DNA of 64,000 nucleotides from positions 7,986 through 71,985 of the forward strand of contig CAZMCI010000001.1 of assembly GCA_964564905.1 (NCBI GenBank), in the 5' to 3' direction. This DNA comes from Candidatus Hadarchaeota archaeon (GTDB lineage: Archaea; Hadarchaeota; Hadarchaeia; Hadarchaeales; Hadarchaeaceae). The position numbers and the translations under genes are program-made. Under the pieces are notes generated by a model that did not search any database, was not told where the DNA came from, and was given only the letters and a program-made list of their open reading frames with translations. Numbering within the stretch: the first letter of the stretch is position 1; every line of letters starts with the position of its first letter. Shown in pieces: positions 1 through 8,937 of the stretch.

Positions 1-1317
1 CACGAAACGGCCGAAAGCAGAGGACTGCCCTACGATCCTGGGCTCAGCGATAAGTACAATACGGGGTTTGGATGGGGGATCGTCGATGCATATGCTGCTG
101 TCCAGAGGGCCCTCGGGGAAGCCGGAAACCCGGACTTTTCGATCTCAGCGGAAGATATCTCATTTTCGGATAACACACCCGTGCTCGGTCAACGAGTACT
201 GGTGAAGATCACCGTCCATAACCTCGGAGACGTTGATGGAAGCTGTGATCTCGCGTTTTACCGGCAGGATATGAAGACCTCGTTTCTTGGAAAAGTCCGA
301 GGGGTATTCGTCAAGGCAGGAGAAACCACCGATGTCAAATTTGCAGTCACACTACCCAAGCAAGGAGATTATACCGTACTCGTGAAGGTGGAGAACGCCA
401 GTCCATTCGAGAACAACTTATCAAACAACCAAGCCTCTGCAAGCATAGCGGTTGGAGCACGGCCGGATTCTCCGGATTTGACCCTCATAGAATATGACAT
501 ATATTTCCGGGGGAGACTCGCTGAAGTAGGCGTGCCGTTTCTCAGTTCCGGCGAAGTTATAAAATTAGATCTCTCAAAAAAAGATATCCCAGTTCCCCTC
601 ATCAGCGCGAAAAAACGGTTGGTCATCGCAGCCAAGATTCACAACGTGGGGAACTCGGACGCTAATTGCGGGATCGGGATTTATGTGGACAATAAAATTC
701 CAGAAAATCTGATAGAGAATTTTCATGAGATTTTTGTATTGGGGGCAAGCGACAACTGGATCTCGGTAACGTGGGAGATGCCCCCAGACATCGAGGGTGA
801 TCACCAGATCATCGTGGTGATCGAAAATGTCCCCACAGATGCCGACCCGACAAACAACGAGGCCAGCAGGCTTATTTCTTTTCCGACCACCATAACCACC
901 GGCGATATCGCCGTGGCACCGAGCGACATAATGTTTTCGGATAATCTGCCGAGAGAGGGCGAGATCGTGGATGTCACGGTGACAGTCCACAACGTGGGAG
1001 TTATAGACGTGGAAAACGTGAAGCTAGCATTGTACATCGACAATGTACCCACTGCTGTTGGAACCATACCTCTGATCGAACAGAACTCGGAGAACGTCAC
1101 ATCGATCCCATGGGTCGCCGAAGAAGGGTATCACGAGGTGGAGGTCCTCATCTCCATCGAAGGTATCAAGGAATCAAATTATGGGAACAACACTGCCTTT
1201 ACCTACATCTCCGTGAATCCAAGCGATGTGATCCCAAAGATATTCGTGATAGCTTTATCTGTGGTTGTGGGAATCTCAGCGTTCGCAATATGGAGATATG
1301 GAAGAAAACACTCATGA
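1..1317 (+). CDS. Subtilisin-like (S8) serine protease, C-terminal part. The gene enters from beyond the window start. Repeated CARDB-like beta-sandwich domains and a C-terminal transmembrane anchor.
   Basis: The in-frame translation is open from nt 1. GWGIVDAYAAVQRA resembles an S8 C-terminal motif. There are three VxVHNxG repeats (VKITVHNLGDVDG, AKIHNVGNSDANC, TVTVHNVGVIDVEN). The hydrophobic tail is IFVIALSVVVGISAFAIW followed by RYGRK. Confidence 0.5.
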   Translation, partial: HETAESRGLPYDPGLSDKYNTGFGWGIVDAYAAVQRALGEAGNPDFSISAEDISFSDNTPVLGQRVLVKITVHNLGDVDGSCDLAFYRQDMKTSFLGKVRGVFVKAGETTDVKFAVTLPKQGDYTVLVKVENASPFENNLSNNQASASIAVGARPDSPDLTLIEYDIYFRGRLAEVGVPFLSSGEVIKLDLSKKDIPVPLISAKKRLVIAAKIHNVGNSDANCGIGIYVDNKIPENLIENFHEIFVLGASDNWISVTWEMPPDIEGDHQIIVVIENVPTDADPTNNEASRLISFPTTITTGDIAVAPSDIMFSDNLPREGEIVDVTVTVHNVGVIDVENVKLALYIDNVPTAVGTIPLIEQNSENVTSIPWVAEEGYHEVEVLISIEGIKESNYGNNTAFTYISVNPSDVIPKIFVIALSVVVGISAFAIWRYGRKHS

Positions 1318-1370
1318 AACAGAGGAGCCGATGACATGATTCAATCTACGACCTCGGAAATCCTTGCTCC

Positions 1371-3839
1371 TTAGGCGGAATATTTCATCTCGGCGATAAT
1401 TCTTTTCACCGTCTCCTTTGGATTCGCCGAGTTATAGATGGCGCTCCCGGCGATGCAGATATCAGCTCCAGCTCTGATGACATCTTTCGCCACGCCTTCT
1501 TTTATCCCGCCCGCGACGGCAAGAGGGAACTGTCCGGCTCGTCTCTTGGCCTCCGAAATAAGTTGGGTTTGTTCGTATATCCCACGTCCTTTTTGCTGTT
1601 CGCTTATACCACGGTGCAGACAGAAGACCACCCGGGACTCATGCCCCCTCAACTCCTTGACGAGCTCTCCCATCACCTCGAGAGGATCCGGGCAATCGAT
1701 AAAATCTATGAGAACGGCCCTGTTCCACTGAGCCGCCTCGCTCACCGCCTCCATTACCTTCGTCCTTCCTCCGATGGCAAGCACGGCGGAGACGTCAGCG
1801 CCCGCCCTGAACGCTATCCGAGCCTCTAGATTCCCGACATCCATCGTCTTCAGATCCGCCACGAGGATAGCTCCGGGAGCAGCTTTTCTGAGGGCCGGCA
1901 GGAGGACATCGACCCCATGTCTCTTCACCGACGGCGTCCCGGCCTCTATAATCCTAGCGCCGCCCGCGTACGCTTGCCGAGCCATCTTGGCGATGGTCTC
2001 CACATCCGCGTCCATGTCAAGCGCGACCTGAAGTTGAGGAAATTCGATCCTCTCCAACGGACTCAACATTACTTCGATCCTTCTGGCCCGTTTTGGCCTC
2101 TTGAGCGGCGGTACCTTTGCTGGTATGCCCTTTCTGCTCCATCCTCTCTCCTTATAATACTCCCTGAGAAGCGGATTCAGTTTAACACCGAACTCCCGAG
2201 GTAGCCGATCGTGGGTGGAGTCAAATCCCTCGCGTACGTTGAAGAGTCTCTCCACCGTGTATATCCTCGATCCCACCTCACGCAGGTGTTGGTTGGTCCA
2301 TTCCAGTCCAGTTACCGCGGTCAGAATCCTCGCGATGTCATCAAGCTCATATTCTAGGGTTGTGAAGAGGGCAAGTCCGTGATACTTACATCCGATCATC
2401 GAATCGTAAATGGCGAAGGCATCCTGCATTTTTCGGACCAGCGAAGCCTTTCTGGTTTCGGTGCTTGGATCGACGAACTCGGGATTGCTCAGGATCTCAG
2501 GACCGATGGTATACGCCCGCAGGTGACATCCGCCGCGATTTGAGGTCGCATATGCCAACGCTATTCCCTTCGCCCCCCGCGGATCATAAGCCGGGAGCTC
2601 CAGCCCCTTGACATGAGGAGCAAGAACTTCCAAGTTGAGTTCACGGGCGGCGGCCGCCAGTCCTTTTGAGAACTTTGACCTTCCGCTGGCTATCTCGCGA
2701 ACTAGCTTTTCTGCATCGGCGAGATTTCCGACCTCACCCGCCGCCCTAGCAAAACCCAATATGGCACCAATGGAGATCGCATCAAGTCCCAGTTCATCGC
2801 ATAACCGGTTTAGAGGGACTATCTCCCGTTCATAACTATAAAATCCGGAGTTCGGGCCCAACATGACCAAATTTTCGTATTCCGGACCTTTCCCTTCCCA
2901 TCCATTGACCCTGACCCAACGGCCACACGCGGTGGGACATGCAAAACATGCCGTACGTTTGACGAGATATCGCTCCCGTATGGTCTCTCCGGAGAACTGA
3001 TCCACATCTTCAAATGTCAGGCGGCGCCCAGAAAAATTCTCTGTCGGCAACATTCCGGCTGCTGTGATCCGGTGGACGAGCACAGCGGTGCCAAATCTGG
3101 CCAAGCTACCATCGACACCAGTGACTGGATGGGTTTCTACCGTTCGTCTTATCTTTTCCAAAATTTTTTTGTACACGCTTTCATGCACGATATTTACTTT
3201 CCCCTCGGCCCGCACGGCTACCGCCTTCAAGCGTTTGGAACCCATCACGGCCCCCATCCCACATCTTCCAGCCACACTTTCCCTGCCGGTACGAGCCCCC
3301 GCGCAGATGCATGCCATGCGCGCCAAGTTTTCCCCAGCGGGCCCTATCGTAGCAACCCATGCGCCATCGTATCTGTCCACCAGCTCTCGTCTCGTCTCCG
3401 ATGTGGTCTTACCCCACAAGGAACTCGCGTTCTCGATCGAGACCTTATCGTGATCGATGACCAAGTAAACAGGATCGGACGCTCGGCCCTCGAATACGAT
3501 GCCATCAAACCCAGCTCGTTTTAGATAAGCTCCAAATGAACCACCCATGAGGGAATCCGCAATCGTACCGGTAAGCGGTGATTTTGAACACACAGCCGTC
3601 CTACCGGCTCCGGGAAACATGGTTCCAGTGAGAGGACCGGTCATAAAGATAAGTTTGTTTTTCGGGCCAAGCGGATCTGTGCCAGGTTTGAGTTCATCGT
3701 AAAGAAGTTTAGCAGCGTAACCCCTGCCACCCAAGAAGTTATAGGCCGTCGTCATATCCGTTTTCTTCGTGGTGATAGAACCATTCGAGAGGTTCACCCT
3801 CAGCAACTTGCCGGTGTATCCGCCGATCATGAAATCCAC
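1371..3839 (-). CDS. Fusion protein: aldehyde:ferredoxin oxidoreductase (AOR/FOR family, tungstopterin) N-terminal ~600 aa + 3-hexulose-6-phosphate synthase (HPS, OMPDC suprafamily) C-terminal ~215 aa
   Basis: Continuous 822-aa ORF. AOR-type N-terminus MIGGYTGKLLRVNLSNGSI; Cys cluster RTACFACPTACG. HPS signatures LQVALDMD and ADLKTMDVG; the C-terminal half matches the HPS/KGPDC fold. Confidence 0.75.
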   Translation of the reverse strand: MDFMIGGYTGKLLRVNLSNGSITTKKTDMTTAYNFLGGRGYAAKLLYDELKPGTDPLGPKNKLIFMTGPLTGTMFPGAGRTAVCSKSPLTGTIADSLMGGSFGAYLKRAGFDGIVFEGRASDPVYLVIDHDKVSIENASSLWGKTTSETRRELVDRYDGAWVATIGPAGENLARMACICAGARTGRESVAGRCGMGAVMGSKRLKAVAVRAEGKVNIVHESVYKKILEKIRRTVETHPVTGVDGSLARFGTAVLVHRITAAGMLPTENFSGRRLTFEDVDQFSGETIRERYLVKRTACFACPTACGRWVRVNGWEGKGPEYENLVMLGPNSGFYSYEREIVPLNRLCDELGLDAISIGAILGFARAAGEVGNLADAEKLVREIASGRSKFSKGLAAAARELNLEVLAPHVKGLELPAYDPRGAKGIALAYATSNRGGCHLRAYTIGPEILSNPEFVDPSTETRKASLVRKMQDAFAIYDSMIGCKYHGLALFTTLEYELDDIARILTAVTGLEWTNQHLREVGSRIYTVERLFNVREGFDSTHDRLPREFGVKLNPLLREYYKERGWSRKGIPAKVPPLKRPKRARRIEVMLSPLERIEFPQLQVALDMDADVETIAKMARQAYAGGARIIEAGTPSVKRHGVDVLLPALRKAAPGAILVADLKTMDVGNLEARIAFRAGADVSAVLAIGGRTKVMEAVSEAAQWNRAVLIDFIDCPDPLEVMGELVKELRGHESRVVFCLHRGISEQQKGRGIYEQTQLISEAKRRAGQFPLAVAGGIKEGVAKDVIRAGADICIAGSAIYNSANPKETVKRIIAEMKYSA

Positions 3840-3887
3840 AACCTAATTAGCTCGGTTGATAAATAACCTATATGGGGCGAAAGCGGT

Positions 3888-4745
3888 TTGACAAAAACGG
3901 AAAAAATCACGGTCACGACGATCCGTGAAATGAAGGATCGCGGCGAACGTGTGACGATGGTGTCTGCCTATGATTACATCATGGGATGCATGGTGGACAA
4001 ATCTGAGATAGACATCGTCCTAGTCGGAGACTCGCTCGGAAATGTGATACTGGGATATAAGGATACGCTCTCTGTCACCATGGATGAGATGATCCACCAC
4101 ACCAGAGCCGTATCCCGGGGGGTAAAACGTGCCCTGGTGGTTGGGGATCTTCCATTCATGTCCTATCAAGCAAGTGTTGAGGACGCTATCAGAAATGCGG
4201 GACGCTTTTTGAAAGAAGGCCACGCCGAGGCTGTTAAGGTAGAGGGGGGTCGCGGCATGATCCAAAAAATCGAGGCAATAATCCAGTCGGGGATACCTGT
4301 GATGGGACACTTGGGCTTAACCCCCCAGTGGTACCACCAGTTTGGAGGTTTTAAAGTCCGCGGAAAAACTAAATCAACTGCACAGATGATCCTTAAGGAC
4401 GCGCAGAGGTTGGAACGTGCGGGTGTCTTCAGCATAGTCCTCGAATGTATTCCCTGGCAGCTGGCAAAACTGATCACAGAAAAGGTCTCCGTGCCAACGA
4501 TCGGGATAGGGGCCGGTCCGTACTGTGATGGACAAGTACTGGTTCTCCATGATCTTTTGGGTATAACTCCCCAAGTGCCAAAATTCGTCAAGCGTTACGC
4601 CAAACTTGATGAGACGATTGTGCGGGCCCTCTCAGAATTCAAACGGGAGGTAAAATCAAATAAATTTCCAACCCTCGAACACAGTTACGATATGCCCCGT
4701 GAAGAAACGCAGAAGTTGCTCAGAGAATTTAGAAAAAGGCGATGA
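3888..4745 (+). CDS. panB: 3-methyl-2-oxobutanoate hydroxymethyltransferase (ketopantoate hydroxymethyltransferase)
   Basis: VSAYDY, VGDSLGNV and VVGDLPFMSY motifs; 285 aa, typical PanB length. Confidence 0.85.
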   Translation: MTKTEKITVTTIREMKDRGERVTMVSAYDYIMGCMVDKSEIDIVLVGDSLGNVILGYKDTLSVTMDEMIHHTRAVSRGVKRALVVGDLPFMSYQASVEDAIRNAGRFLKEGHAEAVKVEGGRGMIQKIEAIIQSGIPVMGHLGLTPQWYHQFGGFKVRGKTKSTAQMILKDAQRLERAGVFSIVLECIPWQLAKLITEKVSVPTIGIGAGPYCDGQVLVLHDLLGITPQVPKFVKRYAKLDETIVRALSEFKREVKSNKFPTLEHSYDMPREETQKLLREFRKRR

Positions 4746-4808
4746 ACCACAACACGCTTAAATATCCTGAAAAACAGGATAAAACGTCGAGAAAACGGAG
4801 GTGTAAAA

Positions 4809-4973
4809 ATGGCGTATGTTGTGAAGTCTGCCGTGAGAGGGTTGATAAAAAACATGAGAGCTAGCGAGGATTTCTTCAAGGAACTTGACGCATTAATAGC
4901 GAAAACGTGCAAGCGAGCAGTGGAACGAGCAAAAGGCAACGGAAGAAAGACCCTGCGAGGCGTCGATATTTAA
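4809..4973 (+). CDS. Small (54 aa) histone-fold-like protein, resembling a truncated archaeal HMf-type histone
   Basis: Not in the ORF track (<60 aa). ATG preceded by GGAGGTG. Ends ...KGNGRKTLRGVDI, resembling the HMfB AGRKTIKAEDI loop-L2/alpha3 start. Terminator hairpin downstream. Confidence 0.4.
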   Translation: MAYVVKSAVRGLIKNMRASEDFFKELDALIAKTCKRAVERAKGNGRKTLRGVDI

Positions 4974-4985
4974 AAATTTGAGCTT

Positions 4986-5031
4986 CAGTGGTGGCGTCGC
5001 AAAAGCTACCACTGGTTTTATTTTTATTTTT
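4986..5031. terminator. Hairpin (CAGTGGT...ACCACTG) plus a 17-nt T-rich tract between convergent genes; probably a bidirectional terminator
   Basis: 7-bp perfect stem, 15-nt loop, then GTTTTATTTTTATTTTT. Archaeal termination is oligo-T dependent. Confidence 0.4.
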
Positions 5032-5050
5032 CACCTCCCTCATTAATCAG

Positions 5051-7231
5051 TTACTTTATGATCACTATATCCACATTTCCTCTTTTTCTGATGACGTTGA
5101 GTTCCACATCCTTTTTCTGGCGAGTCAAAACAACATCGACCGCACCGCTTCCCACCTTTAAATTTTTAAGCCTGACCTTTTGGAGAAACTCTGGAAGAAC
5201 TGGATGATCAAAAATCACCTTTGATTGTTCTCCTATCACGGAAAGTCCCATACACGCTTGGAGTATGAAAAACGGAGCTGCGGCTGCCCAGGACTGGGGA
5301 ACACATGTTCCCGGGTAAAGGGTTGGGCCCTCGCCACGACGACGTTCGAATCCGCAAAATAACTCCGGTAGGCTGTGATTTTCCAAAAATAAACTAGCAT
5401 CAAAAAGAGAGGTAAGGATTCTCAGGGCCAAGTCCTTGTATCCGTATCTTCCAAGTCCAAACGCCACCAGAGCATTGTCGTGGGGCCAGATCGAACCATT
5501 GTGGTAGGAGGTTGGATTATATCTGACCTCCGATGTCGCCACGGTTCTCACGCCCCATCCTGAAAAGAAGATGTCATCCATCAGAAGAGACGAGATACGG
5601 CGCGCATGTTTAGGAGCGGCTATTCCGGAAAATAATGAATGTGCGGCGTTTGAGGTTCGAACTTTGCACGGACGTTTTTTTCCGTCAAGTGCTAACACGT
5701 ACGTGGAGATATCGTCGCTCCAAAATGTTTTCTGAAACCTCTCCTTTAATGCAGCGGCCTGACGAGCAAGGGACCTCGCTTCTTTCATGTTCCCAAGCAT
5801 GCGGGCTAACTCGGAGGCTCTGGATTTAGCGGCGTAAACGTACCCCTGAACCTCACATACCGCGATCGGTCCCTCAGCAATGACCCCATCCTCATAAAAA
5901 ATCGAATCTGATGAATCCTTCCATCCCTGATGTAAAAGACCGTTCGGGGAACGTCTGATGTATTCAACAAATCCATCACCGTCAAAGTCTCCATACTCAT
6001 CTATCCATTTCAAAGCCATTTCGATGTTTGACCAAATTTTTTTGATGAGAGGTTTGTCCCCGGTGTACCGGTAGTATTCACCAGCGAGAAAAACGAAAAG
6101 AGGGGTGGAATCCACGCTCCCGTAATAACGTCTGAATGGAACTTCCCCGGTTCTGGCCATTTCCCCCTTGCGAATCTCATGCAGGATCTTTCCAGGTTCA
6201 GCATCCTCGTTTGGAATGACGTCGCTCGCCTGATTAGCAGCCAAGTAAAGCAATACGTCTCTACCTATGTAAGGGTCGATCCAAAGAAGCTCTAAAGCTG
6301 TTATTATACCATCCCTCCCAAAGGTGGTGTTAAACCATGGAATTCCACCGTAGGGATAGAATCCATGAGATGTTTTTGTAAGCATTATGTGAATATCCGC
6401 CAAGGAACGATTCAGCCAGTCGTTAAACTGTTCATTGGAGGTGTAAATCTCACACTCGCGGGCCTTTATTGATCTTAGAGTACTCCTCACTTTTCGCACG
6501 GCGTTTTCGTATGGCACCACTCGTAGGGTTTTGTTCAGCTCACACGCCACGGTTATTAAAAAGGACGTTTCCTCCTTTGGTTGTAGCCTCACGTGGAAGT
6601 CCGCCCTAGAATCGAGTATACTATCTGGCTTCCAGGAGAACCTGATAACGGTTTTTCTGAATATCCCGTCCGCTCCCCTATAGGGAAACACGACCTTTCT
6701 TTTTTGCACAAGAGGTTTCAGTCTTTTCCCTTTTTTTCTCCGCTTCACACCCCTGACTTCAAACAAATCGGCAAAATCGCTACCGAAATACACTGAAAAG
6801 GGGACATCGACAGGATAGAGTCCGTAGTTCCGAATCCCGAAACGTTCATAACAAATACCGTTATAAAGAAATTTGGAACGAAACACGTGAAGGCTTCCTT
6901 TGGGGACAACGATCGTATCTTTGAGGGTTATGTCTGGATTCGTGAGATCCACCGTGAGAAAAGCATTGTCTTCCTTTATCCCAGAACTCAAAAATAATGG
7001 TCGGAGGCCGTCAAATGTGAAATTCAACCGTGACAAAAACCTGGTCCCCTCGTGGTAGATCCCACCATCACCTCCTGGCTGGATATCGCCAAACCGATCA
7101 AATATGGCAAAAGTCTCACCGTGCTTAAGCACGTGCTTGCTAATCCTCGGCTCTAGTGAGGTGATCTTGATGTAGTACTGATTTTTAAAGCTGATGGTGT
7201 CCTCCAAGAAACCAAGGCCCTCCCAAATCAT
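5051..7231 (-). CDS. Glycogen debranching enzyme / amylo-alpha-1,6-glucosidase family (GDE N-terminal + GDE_C six-hairpin glycosidase domain)
   Basis: 726 aa. GDE_C-type motifs GIPWFNTTFGRDGIITALELL and HQGWKDS; bacterial/archaeal GDE architecture. Confidence 0.65.
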   Translation of the reverse strand: MIWEGLGFLEDTISFKNQYYIKITSLEPRISKHVLKHGETFAIFDRFGDIQPGGDGGIYHEGTRFLSRLNFTFDGLRPLFLSSGIKEDNAFLTVDLTNPDITLKDTIVVPKGSLHVFRSKFLYNGICYERFGIRNYGLYPVDVPFSVYFGSDFADLFEVRGVKRRKKGKRLKPLVQKRKVVFPYRGADGIFRKTVIRFSWKPDSILDSRADFHVRLQPKEETSFLITVACELNKTLRVVPYENAVRKVRSTLRSIKARECEIYTSNEQFNDWLNRSLADIHIMLTKTSHGFYPYGGIPWFNTTFGRDGIITALELLWIDPYIGRDVLLYLAANQASDVIPNEDAEPGKILHEIRKGEMARTGEVPFRRYYGSVDSTPLFVFLAGEYYRYTGDKPLIKKIWSNIEMALKWIDEYGDFDGDGFVEYIRRSPNGLLHQGWKDSSDSIFYEDGVIAEGPIAVCEVQGYVYAAKSRASELARMLGNMKEARSLARQAAALKERFQKTFWSDDISTYVLALDGKKRPCKVRTSNAAHSLFSGIAAPKHARRISSLLMDDIFFSGWGVRTVATSEVRYNPTSYHNGSIWPHDNALVAFGLGRYGYKDLALRILTSLFDASLFLENHSLPELFCGFERRRGEGPTLYPGTCVPQSWAAAAPFFILQACMGLSVIGEQSKVIFDHPVLPEFLQKVRLKNLKVGSGAVDVVLTRQKKDVELNVIRKRGNVDIVIIK

Positions 7232-8265
7232 CTTTTCCTGTTTTTCAAAACTCTGTCGTAGATCGTCAAATAATCTTTTGCCATTCTAGAAGCTGTAAAT
7301 CTCTCCTCGAAAATCTCTCTGCATCTCTTCCGACTAAGGGTGTGAACCATCTTCACCGCCCGAACTGCATCTTCAAATCCTTCGACGATAAAACCGGTCT
7401 TACCTTCTTCCATTACCTCCGGCACAGACCCTTTCCTGTATGCTATAACTGGTGTACCACATGCCATGGCCTCGATCATCACCAGTCCAAATGGCTCTGG
7501 CCAATCTATGGGAAAAAGAAGGGCGTAAGCATTTCTCAAGAATTCTTCTTTTTCTCCTTCTCCGATTTCCCCCAGGTATTCCACAAGAGGATCGTCCAGC
7601 ATGGGTTCTATGACATCCTCGAAATATTCCCGGTCAACCGCATCTACTTTGGCCGCTATCTTGATCTTCATTTTAACCTCTTTTGCTATTCTTATTGCTC
7701 GATCGACCCGTTTTTCCGGAGAGATACGACCCAGAAAAGCTAAGTACTCTCCAGGGTTTTCCTGAAAAGAGTATAAGTCCTTTGGAAGTCCATGATACAC
7801 CGTTCCCTGCCAGTTCAACCACGGGAGAGGCTCACGCTGAGAATTTGAGATGGAAACCACTGGCATATCGGAGAACTCGCTGTAGAGGGGTACGAGATCT
7901 GGAATATCCAGCCTTCCATGTAGTGTAGTAACGACTGGAAGTTCTTTGTGTCTTCTTGAGAGAGGAAAGTGAAGATAATCTATATGGAAATGTATCACAT
8001 CAAATTCATCTGCGCGTTGAAACACTTGCTCCAACATTAAAATGTAGTGGGCTAGCTGATCGACGCAGTGCTTATCCAATCTCAGAGAACGACGACATGG
8101 AGCTATCAGCCTAGCGTTGGTGATGGAATCCCCGCTGGCAAACAAAGTCACCTCATGACCCTGACGGACCAACTCTTCCGTAAGGTAAGATACCACGCGT
8201 TCCGTTCCACCATAATACTTCGGTGGAACACTTTCATACAGTGGGGCGACCTGTGCAATCCTCAT
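7228..8265 (-). CDS. GT4-family glycosyltransferase (group 1)
   Basis: N-terminal GT-B half (YGGTERVV, HEVTLFASGD). C-terminal EPFGLVMIEAMACGTPVIA matches the GT4 E-x7-E motif region. Overlaps the debranching gene by 4 nt (same operon). Confidence 0.7.
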   Translation of the reverse strand: MRIAQVAPLYESVPPKYYGGTERVVSYLTEELVRQGHEVTLFASGDSITNARLIAPCRRSLRLDKHCVDQLAHYILMLEQVFQRADEFDVIHFHIDYLHFPLSRRHKELPVVTTLHGRLDIPDLVPLYSEFSDMPVVSISNSQREPLPWLNWQGTVYHGLPKDLYSFQENPGEYLAFLGRISPEKRVDRAIRIAKEVKMKIKIAAKVDAVDREYFEDVIEPMLDDPLVEYLGEIGEGEKEEFLRNAYALLFPIDWPEPFGLVMIEAMACGTPVIAYRKGSVPEVMEEGKTGFIVEGFEDAVRAVKMVHTLSRKRCREIFEERFTASRMAKDYLTIYDRVLKNRKR

Positions 8266-8308
8266 GGTTCATCCCCCCTGTATAACTCATCATAATTAAA
8301 CTGGTATT

Positions 8309-8701
8309 TTACCCTTTAACGCGCTCAATTTTCCTTCTTCCAAGAGCTTGAATGTATTCAACCTCGACTCCCTCACGCACGTCCCCCCTCAGGTTTATGG
8401 GAACGGGCAGTTCGAAGGTCTCGTAGGTGGTAAGATCCATCAACTGGGCATTATTTGCCACGATCGCCAGAACCTGAGCGCTCCCCCGTTCAATTATTGG
8501 CACCTCGATCTTAGCACTGGTCGGCCGCACTATGCTGCGTTTTTGGGAATCAAAGAGTCCAATGGCATCTATTTTTGCTTTTGCGTGGCCATGCTTTCCC
8601 GGCGCCGAAGTCGAAAACCCAACTATGCGACATGGTTCATCATCTATTATGATAAAGCGACCCTCCTTCAGTTTTCCTACCTCAGCCATCTCTTTGCTCA
8701 T
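8309..8701 (-). CDS. Translation initiation factor 5A (aIF5A)
   Basis: Hypusine-loop motif STSAPGKHGHAKAK; 130 aa. Confidence 0.85.
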   Translation of the reverse strand: MSKEMAEVGKLKEGRFIIIDDEPCRIVGFSTSAPGKHGHAKAKIDAIGLFDSQKRSIVRPTSAKIEVPIIERGSAQVLAIVANNAQLMDLTTYETFELPVPINLRGDVREGVEVEYIQALGRRKIERVKG

Positions 8702-8884
8702 TGAAACACCTTTTGATTTTTTTAGTTATTGCTTAAAAATTTGGTGTCTGAGAAACAAGATTAACTCTATTTCTTAGATTGAGCCTAGGTCCAAAAAAAA
8801 CGTGTAATCTTCACCCAATCTGAAAATTGATCCCCAACTCCTCGAAAAAACAATGCCCCAATGAACTTCCCGGAACCATCCCCC

Positions 8885-8902
8885 CGGCGGTAAAGTTAAA
8901 TA
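8885..8902 (+). promoter_or_regulatory. Promoter-like element CGGCGGTAAAGTTAAATA (BRE+TATA candidate) about 36 nt upstream of the sepF TTG start
   Basis: The same 16-mer core is found upstream of the hypothetical gene at 22725, at psmB (12505-12520, minus strand), and as a variant upstream of minD (53527-53544). Confidence 0.35.
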
Positions 8903-8937
8903 GTTTTGACACCAGCAATTATTAAAAGGGTGATTAT

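Noticed and set aside
1110-1334. 74-aa ORF overlapping the 3' end of the protease gene
   Set aside because: Alternative frame of a strongly supported CDS; no independent signal.
1438-3524. Multiple 60-150-aa plus-strand ORFs (1438..1731, 1563..1829, 1774..2031, 1917..2204, 2635..2835, 3064..3453, 3072..3524)
   Set aside because: They are all antisense to, and nested inside, the well-supported 822-aa AOR-HPS gene. They are GC-rich shadow ORFs.
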